From NCBI GenBank assembly GCA_964016885.1, contig OZ024742.1:136400001-136464000 (forward strand): a stretch of DNA of 64,000 nucleotides, written 5' to 3'. Under the pieces are notes generated by a model. It saw only the letters and a list, made by a program, of their open reading frames with translations, did no database searches and was not told where the DNA came from. The position numbers and the translations under genes were made by a program. Source of the DNA: Eledone cirrhosa (Eukaryota). This document shows positions 28,869 through 41,344 of the stretch, piece by piece; positions within the stretch are counted from its first letter, which is position 1; the number at the start of each line of letters is the position of its first letter.

Positions 28869-29888
28869 TATATATATAATATATATATAAATATATATAT
28901 ACATATATATATATATTTCCATATCACCTTCATTATGTGAATTTGTGTATAGTGTGTATGTGTATATGCAGTGTGTTATCTTATTAGGAAAATATCTCTT
29001 CAGGATAAATATCTTGATATCACTATCTTGATGCTAATGCAATGGATGTAGTAACAGCTGTTTGTGAAACAAAAATGCAAATATATATTGAGGGATCTTT
29101 ATATATATATATGTATGTATGTCTATATTTACTTATGTGCATGTGTCTGTCTGTGTGTTTGTGTATGTTTCTGTGTGTGTGCTCATACACATACAAAATC
29201 ATATGTATAAAAAGCTATGTAATGTATTGCTACACATAAAATTCTGAAAAGATTTTCTGTAATTTACATATACCATATGCAGGAAATTTTGTGAATATAC
29301 TTAGTAGTATGTACTACTTGTTTACACATGTTGTATGTACTGCAACAAGTAGTACATACTACACTGTAGTATGTACTACTTGTTTACACACACATACACA
29401 GATTTGTGCATGTGTATCTGTGTCCATTGTCAATTCCTACCCCATGAATGCTATAACGAAACACCTGTATGCATACACGTGTATATATACCTACACTCAT
29501 GCAATTACAAATATAAATATGCTTATATTCCCAAACAATAAGCCACACAATTACTTAGAACCATGTCTAGAGTCACATCTAGACATGGTGTATGCAAATA
29601 TACAAACTTACATCACATGTATAAATCTACGAATGGAGTATATAAGGCACATACTAGTGCACTGTTATATATGTCTTCCTTTCAGGATCTCTCTTGCATT
29701 TTTTCCATATTTAAACGTTTGTTTATGCTCTGCTTTGTATGATTTTTCTTGATACCGTTGCCCTAGAATTTTATGTATTTTATTTTTTACTATTAAAAAA
29801 TGACTTTAACATTGTGATGATTATGATGATCATAAAACTAATTATAATGACAATTCTTCTAAATCTCAAATCTACTTGTCTAATTTAG

Positions 29889-30128
29889 GAACATTACAGT
29901 TACCGCCACCATCATTACCTCCACCTCCACCACCACCCCCAATCGAAGACATTCCCCAAAGAAGTCCCGTTGCATCAACGCGAAGGAAGTCCTTTGGTCC
30001 TTCGCAGCGTGGAAATTATTCGGAGGTGGAGAACACTTGCCGCAGATGTAACTATTCTGAAGGAGAAGGTGATTTTGAGCAACATTATTTGGTGCAAACT
30101 ACATCAAGTAATGTATTCTTGCCACCAG
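29889..30128 (+). CDS. TENM: Teneurin coding exon (proline-rich intracellular domain); start codon lies upstream
   Basis: ttag|GA acceptor (alternative cag at 29899), CCAG|gtagg donor; TLQLPPPSLPPPPPPPPIEDIPQRS...NVFLPP; phase 1 end fits the next exon. Confidence 0.7.
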
Positions 30129-32004
30129 GTAGGAACACATTATATCTTTTTATGTTTATTGTTGGTGTTATTGTTCTGTTATTTTAGTTTCTGTGAAATC
30201 ACTGGATTGTTTCATTGTGTACTAAACAGCCTTTTTCAAACGAATATTGAGGACTAGTAGTTAGAGTATCGGAATCAAAATTGTACAATCATTATTTCAC
30301 TTTCTGCACTGAGCGGTATGTTTTGTTTGTAGCAAGAAACTTTCTCTAGACTACTCAGCTGAAGAAAATATGTGTACCAGCTGCAGCTCTGGGGTTAATC
30401 CCCACAATGGATTGAAAATACTATTATGTACTTACTTCTAACTAGTCTTTTATTGTACCTCGTATTAAATATTTTACACTACTGAAACAAAATTAAATAT
30501 GTGTTAAATTAAGAACTATCTTATCTTAAATAGTAAAATGGCAGAGAATAAATATATTACTAATCTGACAGAAGATTCTCAATTGTGGCCATGAGAAATT
30601 TGATTTGTGGTGGTCTAGTCCTATTTTTCTCTGCCTATAGATTCATCTTGTATTTCATCCTTCTAATATATTGTGGTTTTTAAGATATTAATATATTATA
30701 ACTTGCCTTGCTTGTTGAATCAATAAAATGGTTTTAGTGATGTTGAACACACATGCAACTGGATTAGTCACACCACCACACCAGTCTTATTGCTTTCCTT
30801 ACTAACCCAACAGTGGGGCATAGTTCTGAAATAGCTTTATGACCATTTGAGTTATCAGGATTTGCATGTCCACATGTTATTGCATGCCACCTTCATGCTC
30901 AGCACCTGTCCATACTCTGCCATAAAGGCAATAATGTAACAAGGGTCATTGCCACTACCAATGTCTCTTTCTGTGACCCTTGTATATTTTCTCTCCCATA
31001 TATTGTTACTCTAGCTGCTTCATCAATTTTAGAGAACAGACAAAGACTTGTGTATGTTCTATCTGAGTCAATAAAATACACTATTCTACACATCAGGTAG
31101 GGTGTCTAACTGTTTTCTTGAGGGCATATAGAAGCCTTGCTCCTTTTCTGAATTAAACAAATCTCTGCAAAGAAAGGCGGCATGTGTTTGGAACAAACCT
31201 TCCCATATTCATTTTCCCCAAGAGCTAATGAATATTAATGTTCTGTCTGATTAGCAATGACCCCAAAACTGCTGTAATGCTCTTACTCTTAATGTTATTA
31301 AATATATATATATTTTTTTAATTTGTTAACATATAAAGTTTTGTTATCTAATTTTTCAAATGTTTTCATTTAGATTTTTTTCTGTTTGCATTTTTTTTCA
31401 TATTATTTATTGTTTTAAACACTTTTTTTCTTGGTGACATAACTGATGTGACTTCATTTGTTGCTCACACCTTTACTTCCTACCTCCATAGAATCCATAC
31501 TGAATTATTAGTAAGCATCAAATTAAACAGGACAATATAAATGTCCCAGGATTTATTTGAAGAAAATTTGAGAACTTCAAAAATCTTAAAGGCAGATCCA
31601 TGTCTCAGTGTTTGAGAAACTGTGAGTGTGAGAAGCACATGTAATGACAATTTTAAACATTTTATGAGTACTTTCACTTTTTTAATCATCATTCACCATG
31701 TAAGCTCATGTAATATTTTACACAGAATGTAAAGTTATTGCACAAAATTAGATTTGATGCTGCCCATAATTAGATTTAGAACTACATGTTAAAATAATCA
31801 CAGAAATGTTTAAAAGACAGACATTTACTCTACACTAGATTTTAGATATTCAAATCTTTTAACGTCTTTTGTTTACAATGTGAAACATGAAAAAAGTGTT
31901 ACCCCAATCACAATAAATAATGGTAAAATTCAGATTTTGCAGAGCTGTCTCAGAGACAGCCATACAATTCAATGGCCCATAATAATAATAATAAAATAAC
32001 ATTG

Positions 32005-32222
32005 ATGGTTTCGGATTTAGGCAGGAGGCCAACAATTTTGGAGGAGAGGAAAGTCGATTGAATTGACCTCAGTGTGTTACTGCATCTTTATTTCATCTGC
32101 ACTGTAAGGATGAAAGGCAAAGTTGACCTCGGCGGGATTTGAACGCAGAAAGTAAAGGGCCATATTAAATGTCACACAGCATTTTGTCCAAAGAGTTATC
32201 ATTTCTGTCAATCCACCACCCT
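32005..32222 (-). mobile_element. Meta-like SINE, with a further partial tail copy to about 32310
   Basis: aggatgaaaggcaaagttgacctcggcgggatttgaac motif. Confidence 0.7.
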
Positions 32223-32398
32223 TTATTATTAAGGATTTCTGATTTAGGCAGAAGGCCAACAATTTTGGGGAGGAGAAAGTCAATTAAATTGACTCCAGTG
32301 TGTTACTGGTTTTTAATGCACTTGGGTCGATTGAACATTTGAATATCATTTCGAAATAGATAATAACAAATATTCTATTTGTTTCTGTCCTCTTACAG

Positions 32399-32546
32399 AT
32401 GCTCAACCAAGGTTCCCACGGACTGTTCCTCCTGCCAGACAAGGGTCAGTTGGTCAGGGACAATACCAACAAGTTTCAGGATCTGACTATCCCAGACACT
32501 TCCAGAATGGCGACCCCAATGCCATGAATCAAGCCACACTAGATAG
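32399..32546 (+). CDS. TENM: Teneurin coding exon (intracellular domain)
   Basis: Polypyrimidine tract tttctgtcctcttacag| and AG|gtaagt donor; open in phase 1 to 2: DAQPRFPRTVPPARQGSVGQGQYQQVSGSDYPRHFQNGDPNAMNQATLDR; bridges the flanking exons in frame. Confidence 0.75.
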
Positions 32547-32627
32547 GTAAGTGTTCATGTAAAGGTTTTAAGTTAGACCAATAAGATATCACAGAATAAT
32601 ACATTAGTATGTATGTGTAAGTGACTT

Positions 32628-32686
<59 letters not shown>

Positions 32687-33415
32687 ATGTTTCTTGCAAA
32701 TATCTTTGGTTCAATTCTAATTGGATTGATATGTTTTTCACTAGTCTCTATAAACAAGTTTAAAAATATGTGTGATTTCCATATATGTACATATGCATGA
32801 ACACATGTCTATAATGCCTGTAACAATCTATGAGTGGCAGCATGTTGCCTAGTGATAAGGGTGCATGATATACAATCATAATGTTGTGGGTTTGATTCTT
32901 GGACTGGGATATGTTGTGTGCTGAGTACAATATTTCATTTCTCATTCAGCTGATAATGAGTGCCAGCAATAGCTGGGGGTTTAACCCTGTGATGGACTGC
33001 TTTCCTGTCCACGAAGGTGTCTTGTCCTCTCCATCACTTCACACCATGGAAACTGAGATGAGTGCCACAGTCTTATGAGACTCTGGGATTGAGATAGACT
33101 TTTCACTTAGAATAATCTGCGATCCATTATCATCAACAGCAACCTCGCACATCCATCTTTCATGCGTATGACTACTAGAAACATTCACACATATTCATTG
33201 ATGCAATACATAAATACATGCATAATAAAGATATGTATGTGTATGTATGTGTCTAAGTTTGTATATATATAAATATATATGTGTGGTTGGGTCCATATAT
33301 ATGTGTGTGCATATGCACACATAACACACATCAAATGTGCATAGTTATGCACTTTTATGTAACTTTCAATTTCATAGAATCTATACATTCTGAGACCTCT
33401 ATATCATCATTTTTC

Positions 33416-33850
33416 TTTTTCATCATCATCATTTTATGTCCCTTCTTCCATGCTAGCATGGGTTAGATGGGTTGTCCTGTTGTGGACAGTGTCCAGTCGG
33501 CTGACCATGCTTTGCTCATAGGGCAACTGATTCTGGCTTGATTTCTACAGTGGGATGCCCTTCCTAACACCAACCTCATTTACAGTGAGTGATGGGTGCT
33601 TTTTTGCTGTGGCGCCTACACGTCCACTTTACAGTGTGGGCTGGGTGCTTTTTTTCCATGGCACCTCAACGACTACTTGGCAGTGGAATGATAGGAACCC
33701 CAGTCCCTATCATCTCATTTATACAGCTGAGTAAACTGGAGCAATGTGAAATAAAGTGTCTTGCTCAAGGAAACAACACATCACTCGGTCTGAGAATTGA
33801 ACTCACAACCTTTTGATTGCAAGCCCAATGCTCTAACCAATAAGCCATGG
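33416..33850 (-). mobile_element. Composite SINE: tRNA head, CORE-like domain and RTE LINE 3' UTR tail
   Basis: Head and CORE match 45301-45440; the 3' 270 bp or so match the LINE tail at about 27120-27390. Confidence 0.8.
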
Positions 33851-34649
33851 AAATATCCTCATAATCAACCATAAGCATAAACATTCCCCAGACATAATTG
33901 CCCAAAAGTAGTGGTCAAGGGAGATTCAGTGTGTGAAAAGTATGATCCTTTCAATTGCAGGAACAATCATTTTTTAAAATCTGATGAATGTGAAATAATG
34001 TGTCTTTCCCAATATCACAATATACTCTGATAATCAAACTCACAGACTTAGGCACATGAGCTCAGCAGCATAACCAATAAGCCACACACCAAATACATGT
34101 GCTTAGAAACACATGAACAAATTACAATTTGAGCATAACTAACAATTTATTTTGTATATCAACACCAGGCATATGGCAGTGTAAAAAATGATCACTTTGA
34201 GGATTTAAGCACAACAATAATTCCAAAGAACATGTCAACAATTAGACAGGTTGAGTCTTTTTTTTTTATGAATAATTAATTATGCAAATTAGTCCATCCC
34301 ACCTCTACTCTTTATACTTATCTATACCTCCCTCCACCCAACATTAATCAATCCTTCTGTAGGGTATGACATACTATCATATGGAATGTATCTACCATTT
34401 TTAGAATAATACTCACATATACATACATAAATTTGTGTGTGCCCTCACACAAAGTTGACCATTCTATGAACTGAAATTAGTATGTAGAACAATGTAAATT
34501 GATATCACAAATTATCTTGTTCGATAATCTATCAATTCTGCAAATCTGTAATAAATTATATTATGGCTGTTAATCATTGGAGGAAATCTTTGAGTCCTTT
34601 ACATTCTGAGTTCAAATCTTGTCATTGTTGATTTTATCTTCCATCGAGC

Positions 34650-34985
34650 ATGGATGAGTTGACAGAGAAACTGTATTTAAGAGGGATAAGTTGTAATGTG
34701 TGGGAGAGAAGACTGCAATGGTATGGACATGTGATGTGCATGGAGGATGACCGCTGGGTAAAGAAGTGCCAAGAAATGCCATTAGAAAGAAGATGTAGTA
34801 GAGGAAGACCTCAAAAAACATGGGTGGAGGTGGTGAGAGCAGACCTCAGATTACTGAAGCTCATGGAGGAGATGGCAAAGGACCGTGACAGGTGGAGAGA
34901 TGCTGTGTTGAATTGTTGAATAGGACCCGTCCCACTCTTGCAAGCAGGGAAAAGCGGACGTAAAATGATAATGATGATGATGATC
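34650..34985 (+). mobile_element. 3' fragment of an RTE LINE (same subfamily as 22772-25799)
   Basis: ERRLQWYGHVMCMEDDRWVKKCQ..RGRPQKTW; tail ttgcaagcagggaaaagcggacgtaaaatga(tga)n. Confidence 0.85.
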
Positions 34986-36245
34986 TACTCAGGATTGTTG
35001 AAACAGTGAACCAGTCAAGTACTGGGATTGATATAATCAATACTTCCTGTCCCTGCATAAAAAAAGAAGTTATGACCATGTGCTTTTAGAAATTATTATT
35101 AGTCTTTCATCCTTACGGGGTCGATAAAATAAAGTACCAGTAATGTACTGGTAATTGCTGGCCTTGTGCCAATAGTAGAAACAATTATTAGTCTTTATAA
35201 GTTTAGGATATGGCAAAACTGGTAGAATACTAGAGGGAGTGCCCTTTAACATTTAGCAATGTCCTTTTATGTTCTGAGATCACATCCTACTAATATTGCA
35301 TTATGTTTTTCTTCCTTCTTTAGACAAATAAGTACCAGTAATAATTAATATAGTCAGAATCAATTCAAGCAATTATATCTCCTCTCCTATATATTTGTGA
35401 CCTTGTGTCAATATAAGAAATCATTATTACTTTCTCCTCAACTGATAATAATAATAATATAGTGTATTACTTTTATTTCTAGTGTTGTTGCTAAAAGGTG
35501 TGATCTCTTCTCACACTGTTTTTAATTACTTGGCCTGTTTAAGCTCATTGATTTTCTTTCTCTCTTCCTCACCATCTATATCTCAGTTTCTGCCAGGCAG
35601 GCCTCACTGCTCAATGCTTCTCTTGTCTAGTCTGGTCTTTAGAACATTTCTTAGTTACAAGTAGTGTGGACCATAAGCTAAATCAATAAATACATTAGTT
35701 TTGCTCTTACCTTTTTTTTCTACTTCTTCTTCAATCTTTGTATAACAGTAAGAGTATGGACATAGCAAAGCAGTATTCTGTGACTGTTGTTATGTGAATG
35801 TAAGTATAGAAAAGAAATATAGTATGGTCAATACACATGTATGTGTGTATATGTAAATATATACATGCACACACAAGCACACACTCACCTAGATAAGGTG
35901 ACACAAACATATGTGTAAATAGTGAGCAAGCATGAATGATTGAGAAAGATAGCAATCTAATAGCAAGTATAACATAGTAAAATCCATTATAGATATAATG
36001 TTCTAAAGAATTGAATGGAGATAGAGAAAGAGGTAGGGGCATTAGAAAATGGGCAGAAGAGAGATGGTTTATTAGTTTGAAATAGGTCAGAGTAAGTAAA
36101 ATTGTACGTATATATATATACACACATACATATATATGTTTATATACACAATGCACATATTTATACACACACACACACACACGCATATATATTTATATAT
36201 ATATACATACATACACATATACACATGTACACACACATATATATG

Positions 36246-36525
36246 TAAGGTAAAAAAGGGTAAAGACCCCCCCTCAGTCACAATTGACCATGGGATTTGC
36301 ACCTAGAAAGATCCCCTCCAAAGCACAAGTCCAAGCAAATTTGTTTGTGGAAGACCAGCAGTCACACATGCATACCAGTATCTCCACTCCATGCCACCAA
36401 TGTTGTCCTAGGGAAAGGCAATGGCTGATACAGCTTGCCACTAGTGACATCACAACTCATTTCTATAGCTGAGTGAACTGCAGTAATGTGAAATAAAGTT
36501 TTTTACTCAAGAATACAATGCAAAG
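36246..36525 (-). mobile_element. CORE-like SINE body (family of 3131-3465)
   Basis: Reverse complement of the body and tail (aaggtaaagacccccc...gatacagcttgcca...agctgagtgaactg). Confidence 0.65.
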
Positions 36526-36550
36526 ACATATATATATTTATATGCAAATA

Positions 36551-36648
<98 letters not shown>

Positions 36649-36918
36649 ACCACTTTACTGTGTGGATTAGGTGCTTTTTGTTGTGACACCAACACAACCA
36701 CTTGACAGTGTGTACTGGGTGCTTTTTTGTTGGGGTACCAAAATAACCACTTTACTGTGTGGATTAGGTACCACCCTTGCAAGCAGGGAAAAGCAGACTA
36801 AAATGATGATGATATATATAGTGGTAGAACACTGGAAGGTAATATCCGTAGTGGTAGAGCACTCAGTCCATGGGACGAGTTAGGTAGAAGTGGTTACACA
36901 ACAGTTAGTTCACCATAC

Positions 36919-36956
36919 CGAGAACAATTGTTTCACCTTAGCGGATCCTCAGCTCG
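36919..36956 (-). ncRNA. Minimal type I hammerhead (intact core)
   Basis: Reverse complement cgag-CTGAGGA-tccgctaaggt-GAAAC-aatt-GTT-ctcg; stem I cgag/ctcg, palindromic stem III, short stem II. Confidence 0.65.
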
Positions 36957-36966
36957 TAAACGATTA

Positions 36967-37004
36967 CGAGCTGAGTATCCGCTAAGGTGAAACAATTGTT
37001 CTCG
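36967..37004 (+). ncRNA. Minimal type I hammerhead with a G8>U core mutation (predicted inactive)
   Basis: cgag-CTGAGTA-tccgctaaggt-GAAAC-aatt-GTT-ctcg. Confidence 0.55.
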
Positions 37005-37032
37005 GTATGGTGAACTAACTGTTGTGTAACCA

Positions 37033-37104
<72 letters not shown>

Positions 37105-37933
37105 GAGAGAGGGGTAGAAAGATAGTGTGTGTGTGGGTGTGAAAGAGAAAGAGATCATAATAGCAAGTAAACTGCAGTAAAACCTATTATAGATTTTTTA
37201 TTGACTGAAAAGATTAGAGCAAAGAGTTGAGGCTGTGTGTGTGTTGAAATAGGTAAATAATGTATTACCAAGCAACAATGCTGTAGTAATATAATAAATT
37301 ACATTACAAGTTTTATTATCATTATTAGTATTATCTACCTTTCTGCTGGGTTTTCCATATGCAGAGTTATGTTCACTGCCATTTGGCTCCTAAGTAATCA
37401 GTGTGAGTTGTAAACATATTTTTCATGTATTCAGAAATATTATGAAAAGAGTCCTGTATTGAATGTGTACTGAGCTTAGTAACTCTTTTATTATCTTACT
37501 ACTTTTACTCATTTGACTGCAGCAATGCTGGGGTACCACCTTAAGTGATCATATAACTCCCAGTAAATTTTGTATTATCTTGTCAGATACAGACACAAAC
37601 ATAAACAGGGACACACACTCATACACATACATGCTCATACACTGACACACACAAGCATATCGATCACTCTGATCGATTGATAAGGTCCCAGACCTCATTT
37701 GTTTGCTGAGTGGGATGGACCTCATCAAATTGGACCTAGGAAACAATGTTTCCACTGGTCTTTCCATTGCTAATACTATCTACCGCTCACAACTCCTGGT
37801 AGAAGGAACAACATGAAACAAAATGTCTTGTTCAAGGACAAAATACATCACCTGGTCTGAGAATTGGACTCGTAACCTCATGACTGGGAATCCAACTCTC
37901 TATTCACTAAGCCACACACCTTCACAATGCATC

Positions 37934-37979
<46 letters not shown>

Positions 37980-38147
37980 CGGGATAACATATTATTGTTA
38001 TAGGTAGTCCACTTAGATGTAGTCCAGTTAGGGTACTCCGAGTAGTGGATAGTATTAACGCTTGGCTAAGTTTGACTCAACAAGATGTTTCCATAGTGAT
38101 GTTGCGAGTATGCGGTGATTTCTATGTAGTTTACACTTGGAGTAATA

Positions 38148-38356
38148 ATAAATCAAGAAAGAAGAGTGACATGGTTTCCTTTATTCTCGCATGCTCTGAT
38201 GAATAGACTGGTTATAACAAAGTATTGGTGATCGATTGACGCAAAAACAGGCGGGTGGCAATCTCTAGACCTACCAGTTCAGAGAAACAATTGTCAGCAA
38301 TGTGAATAAAGCCCTTATTGTATAGCAAACCATGTCACTCTTCTTTCTTGATTTAT
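38148..38356. repeat. 30-bp perfect inverted repeat (38148-38177 and 38327-38356) enclosing a hammerhead
   Basis: ataaatcaagaaagaagagtgacatggttt and its exact reverse complement. Confidence 0.9.
38192..38299 (+). ncRNA. Type I hammerhead ribozyme with a long stem II insertion
   Basis: Stem I tgct/agca (extendable by ctttattc/gaataaag), CTGATGA 38196-38202, stem II actggt/accagt, GAAAC-aatt-GTC 38284-38295. Confidence 0.8.
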
Positions 38357-38371
38357 ATATATATATAAATG

Positions 38372-38500
38372 CAGGAAGGGCATCCAGCCATAGAAAACCC
38401 GCCAGACAGTCCTATACGAGCAAGTCAACCAATCTTGCCTCAAGTGGGAAAATTCCGTCCAAGCCCATGCAAGCGTGGAAGATGGACGATGATGATGATG
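38372..38500 (+). mobile_element. 3' tail fragment of an RTE LINE (family of 41345-42414)
   Basis: ggaagggcatcca...ccagacagtcctat...cttgcctcaagtggga...cccatgcaagcgtggaa and a (GAT)n tail. Confidence 0.75.
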
Positions 38501-39105
38501 AATGCATTGTTTCAATGCATGTATGATAGTAAGAATAACATTTAAGAGAATCTTTGGCAAGTGTTTTTTCAAAAAGGCTACAATGTCTGTTAATTGTGCA
38601 ACAGTTCAATAAAATTGAGGAAAAGTGCCTGAGGTGAAACAAATTAGCCACAGACTCAACGGCAGGAATGTAACCATGTCTCTGCATATGGCAGAAGTTG
38701 TAACATGGCCTTCTGGTGTATGATGGAATCATAGTTTGATTCCCACAGGTGATTCTATTTGTACCTTCAATTTTATTCACCTGACACATAATAAATATGC
38801 GTTTTAGTAGTCTTTGCAATGCAACAAAATATAAAGAAAGAAAAAGAAATAAAAACCTTCTCTTACATTTCTAAACAAACATTTGAGTGTCACCTGAGTA
38901 AAAATGCTTACAAAATGGGGAAAATCTCGACTGCTGGAAGCAACTGTAAATACAGCTCAGAAAATTGTGTAAATTCCCCAATAGATGGAAAAATGTTGTC
39001 ACTTTTTGCACTCTTTAGGGGTATTTTATCTGATTCTCTGATCTGGGTTCACAAATATTTCCGGCATTCAAGATTCTCTACATATTCATGATTTATTCTT
39101 TTATA

Positions 39106-39164
<59 letters not shown>

Positions 39165-39721
39165 TACACATATATAATACACTTTTTCTGACATTAACTC
39201 CTTTTTTCTTGTGAATGTTTATAATTACCAAATTAGAGTCCTATGTATACATTTTTGTTTACATATATGTGTATATATATATGTGTGTGTGCGTATGGAT
39301 ATATGTTTATATATAATATTTATGCACATGTGTGTTTAGTGATATACATATAGACATAAACATACTGGCAGGAATTCAATTGAATGTACACAGCAGTGTA
39401 TAAAAATTAGTCTGGAGTCCATCCAAAAGATATTTTTACTCATATAAAAATCTTCATCATTGTCAACATATGATAATCATCATCGTTATTATTATTTCTA
39501 TGGTAATTATAATAATAATTATTATTTTTATTATTATTGAAAGAAAGTATTATTTATTTAAAAAACGAATTCTTACTATTATTTAAAACCTCATTATCAT
39601 TAATATCATGGCTATATTCACTACCATAATAACTGCTGTTTCTGCAATAATTCCTGCTGTTGCTGTTGTTATTAATTTTACATTGGTATCAACATTCTCC
39701 TCCACCCCACCATCATCATTG

Positions 39722-39769
<48 letters not shown>

Positions 39770-39886
39770 GTATCTACATATGTATGTATGTGTGTGTGTA
39801 TATATATATATAATGTATCTACGTATGTATGTGTATGTGTGTGTGTGTATATATATATAAATATAATGTATCTATGTATGTATGTA

Positions 39887-39948
<62 letters not shown>

Positions 39949-40300
39949 ATGTGTCTACATATGTATGTGTATATATATATATATATATCATCATCATCAT
40001 CATCATCATCCTAATGTGTATCATTATTATTCCTGTTACTGTTTTCTATCTCTATAATATCATTTGCATGATAATCCCACCATCAGAGCCAACTTGTTCG
40101 GCATCCTGCTGTTTTCCAGTCTTTGTTTGTTAACACCATTGTTCCATTTTAACAAGCATCATCTTGTTGTCAGTGGTGATGCCAACATCATCTGGTTTAT
40201 TTAATTTGATTTTATTTTTTCCTGTTTCCGTTTCTTTAATAAATGTATGTTAGTTTATACATATTGATGGTAACAACAACAACAATGATGAGGAAGATGT

Positions 40301-40359
<59 letters not shown>

Positions 40360-40487
40360 GAGATTGTTTATTGATAGAATGGAATGGATGAGGATTGTGG
40401 AAAAAATCATTAATAATTATGGAAACACTGTTTGCAGTTTTAATAGTTGTTCTAATTTATTATGTATGTATGGTGTGTATGTATGCA

Positions 40488-40557
<70 letters not shown>

Positions 40558-40760
40558 TGTCTAAATACTGTCACACCCTAAAATAAATACAATATGTATG
40601 TATGTATATATATATATATATATATATGCACATACATAAATATATATATATATATATATGTAGATACATAAAGATAACAGGAAGCGTTGTAAGATATGTA
40701 ATACACACACTCATAAGCACTTACAGGCATAACCATCTAACTCTCTCTCTTTCTCTGTCT

Positions 40761-41080
40761 ATCATCATCATCATCGTTTAACGTCCATCTTCCACACTTG
40801 CATGGGTTTGGCCGGGAATTTTCCCACTTGAGGCAAGATTGGTTGTCTTGCTCGTATAGGACTGTCTGGCGGGTTTTCTACGGCTGGATGCCCTTCCTAA
40901 CACCAACCATGTTTACAGTGTGGACTGGGAGGTTTTTACCGTGTTACCTACACGGCCACATTACAGCGTGGACTGTGTGTTTTTTTGTCGTGACACCTAC
41001 ACGACCTCATTTGTTTCGGCCTGGATGGCGCGGCACCAACATAACTTTACATAGGACGGGGTGGTGTGGATGGGGTGAGG
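40761..41080 (-). mobile_element. RTE 3' UTR fragment, inverted relative to 42095-42414
   Basis: Reverse complement aligns with the 3' UTR of the RTE at 41345-42414; (GAT)n tail at 40761. Confidence 0.85.
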
Positions 41081-41344
41081 GGTAGTATTGTAGTATATAT
41101 AATATAGCTCTACCAAAGACATGGCAACCTTTTGCATTCATTATAGTGTGAGATATGTAACTGAGTTGCAGGTCCCCGGCCCCCATGAGCATTCAGTATG
41201 TTAACTTGAGTATTGACTGTGTGACAACCCACCAACTATTATTAGCAAGGTAAATGATGATGATGAAAAAGAACGATACATGTATATACATATATATATT
41301 TTTGTTTTTTTTTCACATGGACACACATGCATATATATATATAT

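Larger units (their letters stand above)
36888..37035. repeat. Near-perfect palindrome (72-bp arms, 4-nt spacer, 1 mismatch) containing hammerhead motifs
   Basis: 36888-36959 is the reverse complement of 36964-37035 except at 36947/36976. Confidence 0.95.

Noticed and set aside
26601-36885. 14/15 match atgggacgag(c/t)tagg between the A-B-A element and the flank of the palindrome
   Set aside because: Too short to exceed chance expectation in 64 kb; no extension on either side.
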